DNA of 54,680 nucleotides from NCBI RefSeq assembly GCF_001194135.2, contig NC_068989.1, forward strand, positions 39,460,478-39,515,157. The letters run 5' to 3'. This stretch comes from Octopus bimaculoides. Taxonomy: Eukaryota. Position 1 is the first letter of the stretch. Each line of letters opens with the position of its first letter. Shown here in pieces: positions 51,752-54,680 of this stretch. Under the pieces are notes generated by a model. It did no database searches. It was not told the DNA's origin and was given only the letters and a program-made list of their open reading frames with translations. The position numbers and the translations under genes were made by a program.

Positions 51752-53619
51752 TGATGAAACTTGAAATGTTGCTTTAGTGTAGTGGGTATCACCTATACAG
51801 TTTACAACAGACACGACATTTGAACCTCTCACACAATGTTAACTTTTTTTTCCACCTTTCTTATGACATATTACACACACGTATACATACGTCAATGTGT
51901 GTAACAATTAGATTCATATGTTATATCTGTTGCATATTTATTTCTTGAGTCTTACTTAAACATGTGTGTGCATGTGCATATGAGGATGTAATTCAATTAA
52001 TTTTGAAAATAATGAATTTGATGAAAATAATCTGGAAAACTATTTTTTGTTTTTTTTCTTTTTCGTTTTCATTATTCATTTGATGGCAGAATCATTATAA
52101 GAGTAGCAGACAAAATGCCCTGCAGTGTTTCTTGACTCTTTACCTTCTGTGTTCAAAAGAAGCCAAGGTCAACTTTGCCTTTAATCCATACAACCATAAA
52201 TGCCAGTCAAGTATTATTGTCAATAATATCAACAAATTCATCCTCTTTGAAATAGCTGGCATTTTGCCTAAATTAAAAACAGTTATTAATATGGTACTTG
52301 AAATAGAACTGAACAAAAATGTTTAAAGTTGCCTCCTTCTCTACAATAGCTCCACTCAGCAAAAGGGGATCACCATCTTGCAGGCTGCATGATCTCACTA
52401 GTATAGGTGTCACTTAAAAACATACCAAGTACACATTATAAACTGGGTTGATGTTAGGAAGAGCATCCAGCTGTAGGAACCTAACCAAAGCCAACATTGG
52501 AGAATGGTGTAATCCTTTGGCCTGTTAAAATCCTGTCAAACCATCTGATCCATGCCAGCATGGAACATGGACATTGAGTGATGATGACAATGATAATGAT
52601 TTTAAAATAAGTAGCTTTGTATGACAGAATCAGTAGTCATGGGCAGACTGGTATTGAAAGGGTTAAAGTGGTTTACTGCTTCAACCTATTGTCTGTGGTT
52701 TTATGGGGGAATGGGTTGAGTGAGAATTTGACATGAGAAATGTATAGGAAGAACCATACAAAGAAATTAATGTTTATTGTTTTGTTTTTATATGTCTGGG
52801 AGCTGACAGCAATGCTGCCAACTTAAGAATCTGATCAATTGTCAAAGTTCAAACAAAAGTAGTGATGTTAAAAAACAAAACAAAAAAAAATTACCGAAAA
52901 GTTTAATCATGAACGTCACTGATTATTATCATGGATTTTGAGAGACAACATCAATTTTTCATAGGTGCACCTCCTCAGAGTCAACATTTGGCTACAGATG
53001 TCAACAATTTACTAGACTTCTACCAATACCCCTAACTCATCTTCTCCTTAGTGGATTTTAGTTTATACGTATACACTTAGTATCAGAATGAGAATCTTTC
53101 AGTAGGTTGATTTACTGGCAGGACAAGCATCTTCTCTACAGACGGAGATAAACAACTAGTACTTATCTGTTCACACTGCAGTAAACATCACTAAGAGAAG
53201 TAACCTGGCAATGTGACCTGTCTGCTGTTGTGTCCTGGAGGTTTATCAAGGCTGGCAGTGATTATATATAGTTGATATAATGAAAATATTGTTAGAGGCT
53301 GGACAGATGTGCTGTTCAATATATTTAAAATGTTCTTGAAAAGACAGATTCTGTCATTTACCATTTTCATTGTTATTTTTGCTCAATTTTGAACTTTTTA
53401 AGATATTGCTAATTATTTACCAATATATTTGTAATAGATAAATGTGCTTCTCAACTAATATCATTATCATAATTTTAACATCTGCATGGGTCAGATAGGA
53501 TTCATTGATTCAAATTCCAAAAGCTGGATGCTCTTCCTGACACAAACTTTCACCTGTTTCCAAGCAATGTAATATTTTTGCCGATATCTAGATATGTTTT
53601 TACAGCAGATTGCAAACAA

Positions 53620-53870
53620 AAAGTACTGCTTGTATGGTGGGAATGTTTATTCTTTTATTTTTTTATTTCCTTCAGATATTTGACTGCTGACATGCTGCAG
53701 CACCACCATTGGTCAAACAAATTTACCCCAGGGCTTATTCTTTGTAAGTCTAGTACTAATTCTATCGGTCAATTTTCATGAGCACCTAAGTTACGCGACG
53801 TAAACACATCAACATCAGTTGTCAAGATATGAAGGGGAACAAACACATACACACACACGCATATATACAC
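53620..53870 (-). mobile_element. 3' half of the tRNA-headed SINE family, running into AT-rich microsatellite
   Basis: atttgactgctgacatgctgcagcaccacc...cttattctttgtaagtctagtac...acgtaaacacatcaacatcagttgtcaag. Confidence 0.75.
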
Positions 53871-54162
53871 GCATATACATATATATATGAATATACATAT
53901 GTAAACATATAAAAATATATATACACAATATGTATACACACATATATAGATATATACATACATATATATAAATATACATTTATATAAACATATATATATA
54001 AACATATATATAAATATAGATATAAATAAATATATATATAGATAAATGTACGTATAAATATATATATATAAATATACATAAGAATATATATATATATCAA
54101 TATAAATATATACATATGTATCAATATGCATATAAATATATATATATAAATATGCATATAAA

Positions 54163-54200
<38 letters not shown>

Positions 54201-54249
54201 TACGTATAAATATATAGAGATATATAAATATACATATAAATATATATAT
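53871..54249. repeat. Compound (AT)-rich microsatellite, ~380 bp
   Basis: Directly visible; it explains the poly-IY ORFs. Confidence 0.95.
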
Positions 54250-54633
54250 GGACATCTACCCGCTAGAAAGAGTAGCAAAAAACTCTATACTACAAAAATA
54301 GGGATAATTTCGAAAGAGAATGAAAAATAAAAACATTTTACCATGGTTTCAAGCTTGCCGATTAGTTAATGCGCACATGCGTGGTTAATTTTTGGGAAAT
54401 TAAGCATGTAAACTCGAGTCAGGTTATTTCCTTGGCTCGTGTTTACACGCTAATCCGGATCTCTGCTGACGAAAGCCCCGGAGTTAGATATAATTTTATC
54501 TAGCTAAATAGCTTGAAACCATGGTACAGAGTATAGACTGGTAAAAATGTTTTTATTTTTCATTCTCTTTCGAAATTATCCCTATTTTTGTGGTATAGAG
54601 TTTTTTGCTACTCTTTCTAGCGGGTAGATGTCC
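54250..54633. mobile_element. 384-bp fold-back element (arms 54250-54355 and 54510-54633) containing a hammerhead ribozyme
   Basis: Near-perfect inverted ends ggacatctacccgctagaaagagtagcaaaaaactctatac.acaaaaatagggataatttcgaaagagaatgaaaaataaaaacatttt; TAT on both flanks. Confidence 0.9.
54461..54531 (+). ncRNA. Type I hammerhead ribozyme, apparently intact
   Basis: Stem I CTCTG (54461-65)/CAGAG (54527-31). Core CTGACGA (54466-72). Stem II AAGC (54473-76)/GCTT (54511-14), enclosing a 9-bp hairpin agttagata/tatctagct. GAAA (54515-18), palindromic stem III ACCATGGT, and cleavage triplet GUA ending at 54526. Confidence 0.85.
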
Positions 54634-54680
54634 TATTATAGGCATCTATATATTTTAAATGAATAATATATATGTAGTCT

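Overview
AT-rich, microsatellite-dense animal genomic DNA. The repeat repertoire (tRNA-headed SINEs with CORE-, Nin- and Meta-like domains, RTE (GAT)n tails, mariner MITEs) looks like an octopus draft scaffold; this is inference, not a database match. It has three N gaps and one gap-flanking 415-bp exact duplication. I find no host protein-coding gene I can support, and almost all ORFs in the track are microsatellite or antisense noise. Recognisable coding remnants are all from transposons: an open Helitron helicase C-terminus with its 3' hairpin/CTAG end (1-366, missed by the ORF track), a Penelope-like GIY-YIG endonuclease (~3.2-3.65 kb), two Penelope-like RT fragments (~9.2 and ~40.1 kb), a HERO/NeSL-type restriction-like-endonuclease LINE end (~19.2-19.7 kb) and an RTE LINE end (~24.5 kb). 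The most interesting signal is RNA-level. An apparently intact type I hammerhead ribozyme (54461-54531) sits inside a 384-bp fold-back element. A second near-intact and a third decayed hammerhead of the same design lie in the inverted arms of a 2-kb fold-back element (31149-33120), and a fourth decayed motif is at ~17.5 kb. Four long inverted-repeat pairs occur in total, three of them within 26-35 kb. SINE/MITE boundaries are read by eye and approximate (+/-10-20 bp).
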